Both the position numbers and the translations under genes were made by a program. From Syntrophorhabdaceae bacterium (GTDB taxonomy: Bacteria > Desulfobacterota > Syntrophorhabdia > Syntrophorhabdales > Syntrophorhabdaceae): a DNA stretch of 64,000 nt. Each line of letters starts with the position of its first letter. The stretch's first letter is position 1. The DNA lies in assembly GCA_963665295.1 (NCBI GenBank), contig OY762209.1, forward strand, positions 5,184,001 to 5,248,000, read 5' to 3'. The notes beneath the pieces were generated by a model. It was not told where the DNA came from. It searched no databases and saw only the letters and a list, made by a program, of their open reading frames with translations. This document shows, piece after piece, positions 9,273-19,732 of this stretch.

Positions 9273-10046
9273 GTGGCAATAAAGCTGGTTCTTGCATTGG
9301 TCCTTATTCTCGCGGGCTTCTCCGCCCCCGTCCATGCCATGACTTTGATGCAGTTAAGAGAACTGAAGGGGTTCGATCTCATTTCTTCCAGGGTGGATGC
9401 GATCCTGACCGACTACGGCATGCCCGCCGCGATCATAGACCACGGGACCATGGCGCAAAAGACATCCAAAGATGCAAAATGGGGCGCTTATACCCTGAAC
9501 CTTACCGATGACGATTGGACCCTGGTCTATTCCGGCGAAAGCAGAGAGGCAACCGGCCCAGGCCGCTGGATCAACCCGGAGCCGTCCATGCCCGCCAAAT
9601 TTTCCGGACTCAAGGCCCTGAGCCTCCTCACATACGGTAATGCGAGGGGCGTGATTCAAAAAGACAGGAGAAGTAACAGAATGATTCCCGGGCTGCCCGC
9701 GAATGTCTTCCAGACCCACCACGTGTACCAGGTGACTGCCGTCCTCCCTGCCGGGTCATCCTCGGAAAAGATCGTCGAGAAGTACGGGAAGGAGTACGAG
9801 GGCACAACGAATGCGGGCAGGCAGCACGTCCTGAGGTACTGGGTCAAGGGATACCGGACCCGGCGCGTTCCTCCGAACCTTTACGCCGTCGATTTCGAGC
9901 TGAAAGAAGACGGGTCCGTGGACACCTACACCATAACAGGCGTGAGGGTAGATGAGGCGACGGAAAAGTTAAACAGGATGATCGACAGATTCAACAGGGG
10001 CTGTCAGGAAGACAGCGAAGACGGCAGCCGTTGCCTGGGGATATAG
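9273..10046 (+). CDS. Hypothetical exported protein
   Basis: GTG start after AGGGG; signal peptide (IKLVLALVLILAGFSAPVHA). Confidence 0.65.
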   Translation: MAIKLVLALVLILAGFSAPVHAMTLMQLRELKGFDLISSRVDAILTDYGMPAAIIDHGTMAQKTSKDAKWGAYTLNLTDDDWTLVYSGESREATGPGRWINPEPSMPAKFSGLKALSLLTYGNARGVIQKDRRSNRMIPGLPANVFQTHHVYQVTAVLPAGSSSEKIVEKYGKEYEGTTNAGRQHVLRYWVKGYRTRRVPPNLYAVDFELKEDGSVDTYTITGVRVDEATEKLNRMIDRFNRGCQEDSEDGSRCLGI

Positions 10047-10313
10047 AACCCCTTCGCACATCTCCTTCCCTTCTCCGGAAAATGACCAACCTCCCATCAA
10101 CGCCTTTTCGGGACTGAACGGGTGACACGAAACTGACGTTTTCTGCCGGATACCTGACTCTTTTGTCGGTCATACGGCCTGTCCGTTGCGTAAGACCCCG
10201 ATATAATGCTTGTATCGCACCGGCACCTCTCTTGCATCCCTATCCGGCAAGGAGCGATAGCCGTCCGGATCTGATGGCGGCGTCCCCGAATAAATACTGA
10301 GCCGGAGGTTCCC

Positions 10314-10646
10314 ATGGCAGGAGATTACGCAAAGAAGAACGCCCTTATGACCCTTTCAGAATCATATCCGACACCTGAAGCGTACGTAAGCGGTCTCCTT
10401 ATGCCCCCTGTCCGGGAAAGGGGCGCAATCGCCCTCGCCACAGGAGGAGCGCCGGGCCGTTGTCCCATGGCGGCCGAGCGGGCACGGGCGGGGTCATCCC
10501 CGAGTCACGGCGCCGGTGATGCCGCCTCGCAGCCGACCTGCGAATTCCAGGATTTCTGCAATCACCTGTATGCAACCGAACCCACCTGCTATTGCATGGC
10601 GGCGTGGAAACGGCCCACCGCGATCGCGTTCCCCGTTTTCGCCTGA
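10314..10646 (+). CDS. Hypothetical protein with C-terminal Cys cluster
   Basis: SD GGAGG 5 nt before ATG; C-x5-C-x9-CYC near the C-terminus. Confidence 0.4.
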   Translation: MAGDYAKKNALMTLSESYPTPEAYVSGLLMPPVRERGAIALATGGAPGRCPMAAERARAGSSPSHGAGDAASQPTCEFQDFCNHLYATEPTCYCMAAWKRPTAIAFPVFA

Positions 10647-10842
10647 ACCGCGGACGGAGGACCCCGGATATATATTGAACTGAACTAATAAATTGTTTGC
10701 TTTCCCTTCCGGTTTGTGCGATACTGATTCTCAGGAGTATCGGAATTATCTGTTAGTAGTTACTTCAGGAATTAATATTTTTGTAGTCTCTTCGTAACAC
10801 GGTTCCGCTTTCTTCCGCATTCTAAAAAGGAGGTACATTTTC

Positions 10843-11043
10843 ATGGCAAAAGGAACTGTGAAGTGGTTTAACGAGTCTAAGGGTTTCGGTTTTATCACCA
10901 AAGACGACGGCTCAGACGTGTTTGTTCACTATTCTTCAATTCAGGGCAGTGGTTTCAAATCCCTGGCTGAAGGCGACAGCGTAAGCTTTGATGTTACAAG
11001 CGGTCCGAAAGGTCCCGCAGCAGCAAACGTAGTGAAAGACTAA
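10843..11043 (+). CDS. Cold-shock protein (CspA family), paralog of 5011-5211
   Basis: RNP1 and RNP2 motifs; SD AGGAGG. Confidence 0.97.
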   Translation: MAKGTVKWFNESKGFGFITKDDGSDVFVHYSSIQGSGFKSLAEGDSVSFDVTSGPKGPAAANVVKD

Positions 11044-11052
11044 GTCAATCAG

Positions 11053-11087
11053 GCAGGTTCGGATTCGTCCGGACCTGCTGTTTTTTT
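11053..11087 (+). terminator. Rho-independent terminator
   Basis: GCAGGTTCGGA-TTCG-TCCGGACCTGC followed by a T-run. Confidence 0.85.
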
Positions 11088-11163
11088 ATCCGGCGCAACC
11101 CGACTCACCCCCACCAAAATCGCTTATTTTCCATTTTCTCTTCCTCCCAAGGGAAAGGGACCA

Positions 11164-12207
11164 CTAAATCGCGCCGTTCGCCTCCGCGGAAACGAGGGTT
11201 TGGAGAAGCTCCCTCTGTTCGGGGGTCGCGAGTATGAGCAGGTTCATGCCGCCCTCCAGGATGGTATCGGGATAGGGATTGTAAATCCAATCACCATCCT
11301 GTTTCCGTGCGGATATAAGGAGCGTGTTTCCGAGGTCCTTGAAGTCTATAACCCCCACCGCTTTCCCCACATAGGCCGAATTGAGAGGTACGTGCACTTC
11401 CTCGACCCTCAGGGGCGCATCCCGTTCTCTCAAAAGTTTATCGAGGAAGGAGGTCACGTTAGGCCTGACCATCTCGGAGGCCATCCTCAAGCCCCCTATG
11501 TAGTTGAGGGCCACCACCCCGTCCGCGCCTGCACGCTTGATCTTGTCTATATTCTTCGTGTCGTTGCACCGTGAAATGACCCTCAGGGCCGGGTTCAACT
11601 GTTTGGCCGTCAATACTATCACGATGTTGTCATTGTCGGAATTGGTCGTGGCAAAAAGCCCCTTTGCCCTGTGGATCATGGCCTTGTCCAGTATCTCGTT
11701 CTCCGTTGCATCGCCCAACATCATGTCCACATTGAGGCTCTGGGCCCGCATGGTCTCCATCACCTCTTCCCTCATGTCTATTGCCACCACATGCCTCTTT
11801 GTCTGGAACAACTCCTTGACAATGTAAAGGCCCACCATGCCTATGCCGCACACTATGTAATGACTCTTCATCCTCTCTATCCTCTTCTCCATAGTCCTCC
11901 TTCTGAAAACCCTTCTCAGTTCTCCCCCGATAATATACGCGGCGATGGACGTAAAGAGGTACGCCACCATGCCTGCGCCGACAAATATGAATAATATGGT
12001 GAAAACTTTGCCGAAAGGCTTGTTATCGAGGCCGATCACATCGCCGTAACCAACGGTTGAGATGGTAATGGCAGTCATGTAGAGGGCGTCGAGGAAGGTT
12101 GTCCTGCTGCCCCCTATGATCTTGAATCCAATTGTACCTATCAGGATGATGGCGACTATCAACAGAATAAGGTGCTGAAATTTTTTCGGAATCCCTTTGA
12201 GGTACAT
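11164..12207 (-). CDS. Potassium channel protein (2TM pore plus RCK/TrkA-N and TrkA-C; MthK/Kch-like)
   Basis: Selectivity filter TISTVGYGD; HYIVCGIGMVG Rossmann domain. Confidence 0.93.
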   Translation of the reverse strand: MYLKGIPKKFQHLILLIVAIILIGTIGFKIIGGSRTTFLDALYMTAITISTVGYGDVIGLDNKPFGKVFTILFIFVGAGMVAYLFTSIAAYIIGGELRRVFRRRTMEKRIERMKSHYIVCGIGMVGLYIVKELFQTKRHVVAIDMREEVMETMRAQSLNVDMMLGDATENEILDKAMIHRAKGLFATTNSDNDNIVIVLTAKQLNPALRVISRCNDTKNIDKIKRAGADGVVALNYIGGLRMASEMVRPNVTSFLDKLLRERDAPLRVEEVHVPLNSAYVGKAVGVIDFKDLGNTLLISARKQDGDWIYNPYPDTILEGGMNLLILATPEQRELLQTLVSAEANGAI

Positions 12208-12471
12208 TAATCACCATTATACCATCATAAATCCGTGGATTCATCCATAAAGCAGCAGAGGTCCGGGATGCGCCTCTGCGGGGCCCGGGAGAATCCTTGG
12301 ACGTCGCGGGAATATGCCGCGACGGGCCCCGCAGATAAATTCCGTAATTATCGATAATAAACTATTGACATTACACTTTTTTTCGCAGAAAATTGCAGTA
12401 TATCCCTTCTCTGTAACCGAAAGAGTAGAGCAGGGTTGGAGGGGGCTCCCCCGGAAGGGGAAATAATTATC

Positions 12472-13821
12472 ATGATGCATGGTCCCAATTCGTCCCACAA
12501 GCCCATGACAAGGCAACGATGGTCCCGAAACACCACGCTGCATGTCCGCGATTGCATCGTCCTCGTCGCGGGAGACAGCGACCTTTACGTGGACAAAAAC
12601 TTCATAAAGGTCTTTGGTTATGATGACCCCCGCGAGGTCAGCGAGAAGCCCTTCTCCATGCTCGTCCACCCGGAAGACAGGGACCGCGTCGAGGAAATCC
12701 ACCGGAAAAGAAGCCGGGGAGACGGGGCGCCCGACCATTACGAGTTCAAGGGAATTTGCAGAGACGGCACCTCCATCCACCTGGAGGTTTCAGCCACGAG
12801 CCTCAAGTATAACGGCCAGACCCTTTCCGCCATGTATCTCCGGGATATCACCACACGAAAGCGCTGGGAAGAGGAACTCAGGGAGAGCGAGGAAAAATAC
12901 AGGACCCTTTTCGAAAATTCCATGGACGCCATATACATCACCGGCAGGGATGCTCGCCTCGTCGACGCGAACGAGGCCTTCCTGAACCTTTTCGGTTATA
13001 CCCGGGAAGAAGCTATCGGTCTCAACGGAAAGGAGGCAATTTCGTCTCAAGACCTCGAACGGTTCAAGAGTATCGTGCGGAAAAAGGGCTATGTGAAGGA
13101 TTTCAGTCTCAAGCTCGCAAGGAAAGACGGAGAAACGATGGACTGTCTTCTCACTTTGAACCCCATGGTGGGAGAAGGCGGAAAAACCACGGGTTACCAG
13201 GGTATTGTCCGGGATATCACCGCATACAAGAAGGCCCAGGAGGCGGTGCAATACATGGCGTATCACGATAGCCTCACCGGGCTGCCCAACAGGATACTAT
13301 TCTCCGACCGTCTGACCATGGCGATTGTGAATGCGACGAGGAACAAACAGCGCATCGCGGTCATGATGCTCGACCTGGACAGGTTCAAAGACGTGAACGA
13401 CACCCTCGGCCATGACGTGGGAGACAGACTCCTCAAAGCGGTAGCCGACCGCCTGTTGGACACGGTGCGAAAGAGCGATACGGTGGCCCGGATGGGAGGC
13501 GACGAGTTTCTCCTCGTCCTGCCCGAGATAAACACGGTGAACGACACCATCGTGGTTTCCGACAAGATAATGGAGGCTTTCCGAAGACCTTTTTCCACGA
13601 GCAGCCACGAGCTTTTCATAACCTGTAGTGTAGGGATGGCGATCTATCCCGAGCACGGCACGGACCCGGAAGTCCTTATCAGGAATGCCGACACGGCCAT
13701 GTACAGAGTAAAGCATCTCGGAAGAAACGGGTACCGCCTGTGCGACACCAAGGTTTTCGAAGGTAACCCTCCTGTGGAGCCCCGCCTCTCCGATTCCACG
13801 CTTCACCCGATGAAGTCTTGA
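12472..13821 (+). CDS. PAS-PAS diguanylate cyclase (start uncertain)
   Basis: Two PAS/PAC domains, HDSLTGLPNR, intact GGDEF and RxxD I-site (RKSD). Confidence 0.9.
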   Translation: MMHGPNSSHKPMTRQRWSRNTTLHVRDCIVLVAGDSDLYVDKNFIKVFGYDDPREVSEKPFSMLVHPEDRDRVEEIHRKRSRGDGAPDHYEFKGICRDGTSIHLEVSATSLKYNGQTLSAMYLRDITTRKRWEEELRESEEKYRTLFENSMDAIYITGRDARLVDANEAFLNLFGYTREEAIGLNGKEAISSQDLERFKSIVRKKGYVKDFSLKLARKDGETMDCLLTLNPMVGEGGKTTGYQGIVRDITAYKKAQEAVQYMAYHDSLTGLPNRILFSDRLTMAIVNATRNKQRIAVMMLDLDRFKDVNDTLGHDVGDRLLKAVADRLLDTVRKSDTVARMGGDEFLLVLPEINTVNDTIVVSDKIMEAFRRPFSTSSHELFITCSVGMAIYPEHGTDPEVLIRNADTAMYRVKHLGRNGYRLCDTKVFEGNPPVEPRLSDSTLHPMKS

Positions 13822-13968
13822 TTTTTTAAAGGTTCTGTATTATTAATAAGATTACTCGATGTTTTATCTTTCTCAGCCAAAAGGATGACAATAAAACGGC
13901 CGTCGGCCTGTCGGGTTGAAAACGGAAGGGGGCTGCCGGAAAAATTAAGCAAAACGGGGTGATAGATC

Positions 13969-15873
13969 ATGTCTGTAGAAAAATTTGAGTTTAAGACGGA
14001 AGTAAAACAACTTCTCGACCTCATGGTGCACTCTCTTTACTCCCACAAAGAGGTATTTCTGAGAGAGCTGATCTCCAACGCGTCCGACGCCATCGACAGG
14101 GCGCGGTACGTTGCCTTGCAGGACAGCGCGGTTCTCGAAAATGAAGCGGGCTGGAAGATCAGGATCGCAATCGATAAGGATGCGGCCACCTTGACGGTGA
14201 GCGACAACGGAATCGGCATGACGAAAGAAGAAGCGGTGGGCGCACTGGGAACCATCGCCCATTCGGGAACCAAGGAATTTCTTGAAGCGCTGCAAAGCAA
14301 AGAGCTGAAGGACAATCCGGAGCTTATAGGGCAGTTCGGCGTGGGCTTCTACTCGTCCTTCATGGTGGCGGACCGCATCACAGTCGTCTCCAGAAAAGCG
14401 GGCCAGCCGGGGAAAGGCGCGGTCCGATGGGAATCTACCGGCGACGGTGCCTTCACCGTGGAAGATGCCGAAAAGGCGGGCAAAGGAACCGACGTAATAC
14501 TCCACCTTAAAGACGAAGGGAAAGAATACCTCGAAGAGTGGGAAGTCCGGTCTATAGTGAAGAAATATTCCGATTTCATAGAACACCCTGTGGTGATGGA
14601 CATTGAAAGGGAACAGGACAGCGAACTCGAAAAAGGGAAAAAAGTAACGATCAGGGAAGAACAGACCCTCAACTCCATGAAGGCGCTCTGGCTCCGGGAC
14701 AAGTCGGAGGTCCCCGACGAGGAGTATAAGGAATTTTATAAGCACCTCTCCCATGACATGTTCGAGCCCCTGAGAGTCATTCACTACAAGGCCGAAGGCA
14801 CTACGGAATTCAACGCCCTCCTTTTCATTCCCTCCAGGGCGCCCTTCAATATCCTTTACAAAGACTACAAGGTGGGACCTACCCTCTATGTAAAGAGGGT
14901 CCAGATCATGGACCACTGCGAGGACCTCATTCCGCCCTACCTCCGGTTCGTGCGAGGCGTAATCGACTCCGCCGACCTCCCCCTCAATGTTTCGAGGGAG
15001 ATTCTGCAGAACAACCGCCTTGTTGAAATCATCAGGACGAATGTCACAAAGAAAGTTCTCGATGTACTGAACGACCTGAAGAAGGACGACTACGGGAAGT
15101 ATCGCGAGTTCCACAGCGAATTCGGCCGCATACTCAAGGAAGGTATACATTATGACTTCCAGAGGAGGGAGACCATTGCGGATCTTCTCCTCTTTCCGTC
15201 CACAAAGACCGAGGAGAACAAACTCACCACCTTTCAGGAATACGTGGACAACATGAAGGAAGGGCAGGATGAGATTTACTACATCACGGCGACATCCCTC
15301 AAGGACGCCCTCAAGTCACCCTACCTGGAGGTCTTCAAGAAGAGGGACTACGAGGTGCTCGTGTTCCTCGACGAGATCGACGACTTCGTCATGAACACGC
15401 TGGAATTCAAGGGAAAGAAACTGAAATCCGTCCTGAAAGGGGATGTGAAGCTCAAGCCCTCGGAGAAGGCGGAAAAAGAAGAGGGAGAAAAGAAGTATCA
15501 ATTGCTTCTCGATCTCATCAAGGACAGGTTGAAGGAAGATGTGAAGGATGTGAGGTTCTCGGGCAGGCTCACCGATTCACCATGCTGCCTTGTGGGTGAG
15601 GAGGACGACATGGACCCCCAGATGGAAAAACTCCTGAAGGCCATGGGTCAGCCCATTCCCGAGAACAAGAAGATCCTGGAGATAAACCAGCACCATCCCC
15701 TCCTTACCGTCATGAACGAGCTTTTCGAAAAGGACAAAGAGAGCGATCTCTTGAAGGACTATATAAACCTTCTCTATGATCAGGCCCTTGTGCTCAAGGG
15801 TTCGGCCCCTAAAGACCCTGTCATGTTCTCGAAAGTGATTGCCCGTCTCATGGTAGAGGGTGCTCCGAAATAA
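13969..15873 (+). CDS. htpG: Molecular chaperone HtpG (Hsp90)
   Basis: YSHKEVFLRELISNASDA, DNGIGMT, IGQFGVGFYS, DLPLNVSREILQ. Confidence 0.98.
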   Translation: MSVEKFEFKTEVKQLLDLMVHSLYSHKEVFLRELISNASDAIDRARYVALQDSAVLENEAGWKIRIAIDKDAATLTVSDNGIGMTKEEAVGALGTIAHSGTKEFLEALQSKELKDNPELIGQFGVGFYSSFMVADRITVVSRKAGQPGKGAVRWESTGDGAFTVEDAEKAGKGTDVILHLKDEGKEYLEEWEVRSIVKKYSDFIEHPVVMDIEREQDSELEKGKKVTIREEQTLNSMKALWLRDKSEVPDEEYKEFYKHLSHDMFEPLRVIHYKAEGTTEFNALLFIPSRAPFNILYKDYKVGPTLYVKRVQIMDHCEDLIPPYLRFVRGVIDSADLPLNVSREILQNNRLVEIIRTNVTKKVLDVLNDLKKDDYGKYREFHSEFGRILKEGIHYDFQRRETIADLLLFPSTKTEENKLTTFQEYVDNMKEGQDEIYYITATSLKDALKSPYLEVFKKRDYEVLVFLDEIDDFVMNTLEFKGKKLKSVLKGDVKLKPSEKAEKEEGEKKYQLLLDLIKDRLKEDVKDVRFSGRLTDSPCCLVGEEDDMDPQMEKLLKAMGQPIPENKKILEINQHHPLLTVMNELFEKDKESDLLKDYINLLYDQALVLKGSAPKDPVMFSKVIARLMVEGAPK

Positions 15874-15890
15874 GTAACTCCACGGAATCG

Positions 15891-15922
15891 AAAAGGGGGC
15901 CGGTTTCCGGTCCCCTTTTTTT
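15891..15922. terminator. Bidirectional terminator between convergent htpG and dnaJ
   Basis: AAAAGGGGGCCGG-TTT-CCGGTCCCCTTTTTTT. Confidence 0.8.
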
Positions 15923-15959
15923 GCGACAGGCTTTTGAAGGCCTGGTTCCGACCAATATC

Positions 15960-17045
15960 TTACCTGTCGAAAAAATCCCTGAATTTCTCTTTGAAACCCT
16001 TCCGGGTAGCGCCTGTATGGCTTCCGAATTCCCGGGCAAGCTCTTCCATCAATTGCTTCTGCCGGTCCGTGAGGCTGGAGGGAATGACTATATTGAGGTA
16101 TACAAGCTCATCGCCCCTTCCGTACCCGTTCGCTTTGGCCACGCCAAGGTTCCTCAGTCTTACGATCCTGCCCGGTTGGGTGCCTGCAGGTATGTCGATC
16201 TCCGTTTCTCCTTCAAGGGTGGGGATGACAATCCGTCCCCCCAGGGAAAGTAAGGGAAAGCTCACATCGACCTGTACTATGATGTTCTCCCCTTCCCGCT
16301 CAAAAACGGGGTGTTCCTTCACGTTCAAAACTATATAAAGGTCGCCGGGAATTGTGTCGCCCGGCCTCCTCATGCCTTCTCCCCGGAGTTTGAGCCGCGC
16401 GCCCATGTCCACGCCGGGTGGAATCTTCACGTTGATCTTCTTGTTTGTCCTGGTAAACCCCTTGCCGCTGCACGCTTTGCAAGCGTGTTTTACTATATAC
16501 CCTTCACCCCCGCACACCTCGCAGGTCCGGTTGATGGTGAAAAACCCGTGGGTATCCCTCACCTGGCCCCTGCCGCCGCAATGCTTGCACGGCGTCGGCT
16601 GATGGCCCGGCTCGATCCTTGTGCCGCCGCAGATGACGCACTTCTCGTCCTTGGGGATCTGGATCTCTTTCTCTACACCGAATACCGCCTCTTCGAATTC
16701 TATCTCCAGATTGTATCTGAGGTCGTCGCCTTTTCTTTCCCTCTGCCTCTGACCGCCGAAAAAATCACTGAAGAGGTCGTTAAAGATATTATCAAAATTC
16801 CCCTGGAACCCGAAATCAAACATCGAGCTCTCGTCTCCGCCGAAGCGCTCATACTTCATCCTCTTTTCGTGATCGCTCAGGACGGCATAGGCCTCGCTGA
16901 TCTCTTTGAATTTCTCTTCCGCTTCCTTGTTGTCGGGATTCCTGTCAGGATGATACTGAAGGGCAAGCTTCCGGTACGCCTTCTTTATCTCTTCGTTTGT
17001 TGCATCTCTCGATACATTCAGTATTGCGTGATAATCTCTTCTCAT
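15960..17045 (-). CDS. dnaJ: Chaperone DnaJ
   Basis: J-domain with HPD, G/F region, four CxxCxGx(G) zinc motifs and C-terminal domain. Confidence 0.95.
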   Translation of the reverse strand: MRRDYHAILNVSRDATNEEIKKAYRKLALQYHPDRNPDNKEAEEKFKEISEAYAVLSDHEKRMKYERFGGDESSMFDFGFQGNFDNIFNDLFSDFFGGQRQRERKGDDLRYNLEIEFEEAVFGVEKEIQIPKDEKCVICGGTRIEPGHQPTPCKHCGGRGQVRDTHGFFTINRTCEVCGGEGYIVKHACKACSGKGFTRTNKKINVKIPPGVDMGARLKLRGEGMRRPGDTIPGDLYIVLNVKEHPVFEREGENIIVQVDVSFPLLSLGGRIVIPTLEGETEIDIPAGTQPGRIVRLRNLGVAKANGYGRGDELVYLNIVIPSSLTDRQKQLMEELAREFGSHTGATRKGFKEKFRDFFDR

Positions 17046-17065
17046 AAGCTAAACCGCGCCATGCT

Positions 17066-17662
17066 TTATTGAATTTCGGGTTTTTTCGAAACCGATACCC
17101 GCGAAGGCCTGACGAGTCTGCCATTGAGCAAATAGCCTTTCTGTACTTCCGATGTCACCATGTCGGGCTCCACGTCCTCCCTCTCTTCCTGATAAAGGGC
17201 TTCGTGGAGGTTGGGGTCAAACTTCGTCCCCAGGGCCTCAATCCTCTCGACGCCCGATTTCTCGAGCACCTTCAGGAACTGGTTAAGGGTAATCTTCACC
17301 CCTTCCACGATGACCTTTAAATCGTCCGCATGATTCGCGTGCGCCAGGGCCATCTCCAGGTTGTCGATCACGGGGATCAATTCCTGAAGGAGTGTCTCGT
17401 TGCCGTACTTCAGGGTTTCCTGTTTCTCCTTTACTTTCAGCTTCTTGAAATTTTCAAACTCCGCCTGAAGATAAAGCATCTTTGCCTGAAGCTCCTTGAT
17501 CGATTCGTCCTTCGCTTCCAACTGTTCCTGAAGCTCCTCGATCACTTCTTCTTTCTTCCTATTCTTCTTCTTATGGTCCTCATGGACCTCATTCTTCTCG
17601 GGCTTTTCCTTGCTTTCGCCGTTCCCCTCTTTATTCACGCCTTTACCCTCTCTTTTTTCCAT
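17066..17662 (-). CDS. grpE: Nucleotide exchange factor GrpE
   Basis: AEFENFKK, PVIDNLEMAL, FDPNLHEA, KGYLLNGRLVRP. Confidence 0.95.
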   Translation of the reverse strand: MEKREGKGVNKEGNGESKEKPEKNEVHEDHKKKNRKKEEVIEELQEQLEAKDESIKELQAKMLYLQAEFENFKKLKVKEKQETLKYGNETLLQELIPVIDNLEMALAHANHADDLKVIVEGVKITLNQFLKVLEKSGVERIEALGTKFDPNLHEALYQEEREDVEPDMVTSEVQKGYLLNGRLVRPSRVSVSKKPEIQ

Positions 17663-17672
17663 TGTTCCCCTC

Positions 17673-18704
17673 TTACATTACGGACAGGATGTCTGTCAGT
17701 GTCTTCGCGGTATAGTTCACGATGGGTATGATTCTCGAATAGTTCATTCTTATGGGACCTATGACGCCGAGCACCCCGTAGCTCTTTTCACCGATACGGT
17801 ATGTAGAGGTGATGATGCTCAGATCCCTCATCTCCTTTATGTCACTCTCCGTACCCATGATTACATGGATGCCTTCCTCCTTGAGACAGCCGTCGAGAAG
17901 CCGAAGAAGTTTTTCCTTCCTCTCGAGGGTGTGAAACAGCTCCTTCAACCTCGCAAGGTCGGAGAATTCAGGCATATCCATCATTTTGGAGGTCCCCTCG
18001 ATATATATCTCTCTCTGGTCTTCCTCTTCCATGATGGTTTCGAGGGTCTCCCTTATCTTGGCAAGGAGTTTGCTGTAGTTTTCCTTATCCTTTTCCACGT
18101 CTTCGAGTATCCTCTCCTTGAGCGCATAAAAAGGTATGCCGCTGAACCTTTCATTCATGTAACGCTTCATGGTGTTAAGGACGCCCATGCTCAGGCTTTC
18201 GCCCGTATCCACGAGCCGTGTGTGCACGATGCCCGCCGACGTAACGAAGACTATGAGGATCGTGTTCGACGACAGCTTCACGAATTCGATCTCTTTGAAG
18301 AGCATCGTATTGACCCTCGGCTCAACCACTATGCTCGTAAATTTCGATATGGAGGCAAGGACTTTCGACGCATCTTCCATCACCCCCTCCACCTGGGCAT
18401 AGCGGGGTTTGAACAGGCTTTCCAGGACCTGCAGTTCTCTCTTGCCGGGGTTCCTCAGAACAAGCATGGTGTTCACATAGTACCTGAACGCCTTGTAAGT
18501 GGGGATCCTCCCCGCAACCACATGGGCCTTGTAGAGAAACCCCTGTTCCTCCAGATCGGCCATGATGTTCCGTATCGTGGCCGAACTGAGCCTGTTGCGT
18601 ATGCTCTTTGCGATAGTTCTCGATCCGACAGCCTCCGCGGACGTGATATAGCTGTCCATTATGAGTTCGAGAACCATCCTCTCTCTATCAGTCAGGGTTT
18701 CCAT
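17673..18704 (-). CDS. hrcA: Heat-inducible transcription repressor HrcA
   Basis: LTDRERMVL...VGSRTI...SSATIRNIMADLE...GRIPT...GVLGVIGPIRMNY. Confidence 0.95.
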   Translation of the reverse strand: METLTDRERMVLELIMDSYITSAEAVGSRTIAKSIRNRLSSATIRNIMADLEEQGFLYKAHVVAGRIPTYKAFRYYVNTMLVLRNPGKRELQVLESLFKPRYAQVEGVMEDASKVLASISKFTSIVVEPRVNTMLFKEIEFVKLSSNTILIVFVTSAGIVHTRLVDTGESLSMGVLNTMKRYMNERFSGIPFYALKERILEDVEKDKENYSKLLAKIRETLETIMEEEDQREIYIEGTSKMMDMPEFSDLARLKELFHTLERKEKLLRLLDGCLKEEGIHVIMGTESDIKEMRDLSIITSTYRIGEKSYGVLGVIGPIRMNYSRIIPIVNYTAKTLTDILSVM

Positions 18705-18999
18705 AAAGCCTTCTAACCATTAAATAACTTAATAATATCTCATATCTTTGTCAAGAAATGAAATCCGCACGAATACCTCGGCTTACCTTATTATTATACA
18801 CTCTATCAGGCCGGGATTCAACGGATTAGAAGCGGCTGATGAGGCCGGGCCCCTCGGCGGGGATCACTCTGTCCGACGCCGGGCCCCTCCCCGCCTTCAC
18901 CGCGGCGGGAGGTGATGGGAAGGGATGAGAGAAACCCAAAACAGGGTGTGGGGAGCGCCCGGAGATCGCTCCTCTTCGGTGTGCCGGACATGGGGAATG

Positions 19000-19584
19000 T
19001 TACGTTCCGGATAGCGCGGCCCCGGCCTGCATCGCCTCGCGTTTCCTTCGGGCCATCCTGGAATATATATTGGTAAAGACAATGCCTATGACGATCACGC
19101 CATATTCGGATACGGTGAAATACCATTCGGGCGTTTCGTGGTGGATGAGTTTGGCCACATTTAACAGGCTGTTCACCAGAAACACACATGACCACGCGGT
19201 GGTGGTGATGAAGCAACCTCTTATAAATGAAGGGGAATTCCACAACTCCCTGGGCAAATTTTCGCGGGCGTAGTCTTCCGTAAAAGGCCGTCCCAAGAGA
19301 ATGGAAAGCTGCGCGCACACGAATAGGGTCCCCGTGGCGAGAATCCCCATATGACGGATTGCCCACATATTTTTGAGCCAGACCACAGAAATCAAGGCAA
19401 AAGCGAAAAAGAGGTATCCTGCCCACAGGATGGCGCCCCTGTGAAGTCTGGCGGCCGCCATGACAACCACTAATATGGCCGCCACGACGATGGCGAACTG
19501 AAGGCGGAAGATCGAATGGCCGGCAATAAACCAAAAAGCAAACCATGGGGCAAAAGCCAGCAGCAGCTTGAGTATCTCTTTCAT
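19000..19584 (-). CDS. Hypothetical membrane protein
   Basis: About 6 TM segments; GRPFTEDYARE...W.SP.F...ITTAW motif. Confidence 0.8.
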   Translation of the reverse strand: MKEILKLLLAFAPWFAFWFIAGHSIFRLQFAIVVAAILVVVMAAARLHRGAILWAGYLFFAFALISVVWLKNMWAIRHMGILATGTLFVCAQLSILLGRPFTEDYARENLPRELWNSPSFIRGCFITTTAWSCVFLVNSLLNVAKLIHHETPEWYFTVSEYGVIVIGIVFTNIYSRMARRKREAMQAGAALSGT

Positions 19585-19732
19585 CGGACCCCCCGTCGTC
19601 GTGTAAGCATATAATTACACGGTCTTCCGGAAATTATCAACCATTAAGTGCGCCGTCCGTGTGGTCGGGAGTGGGTCGTCCCGGCCACACCTTACACCGG
19701 TTCATTCCGTTGTGGGCTCCGTGGTACGTCGC

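Noticed and set aside
18705..18800. CIRCE element upstream of hrcA
   Set aside because: No TTAGCACTC-N9-GAGTGCTAA-like inverted repeat is visible.
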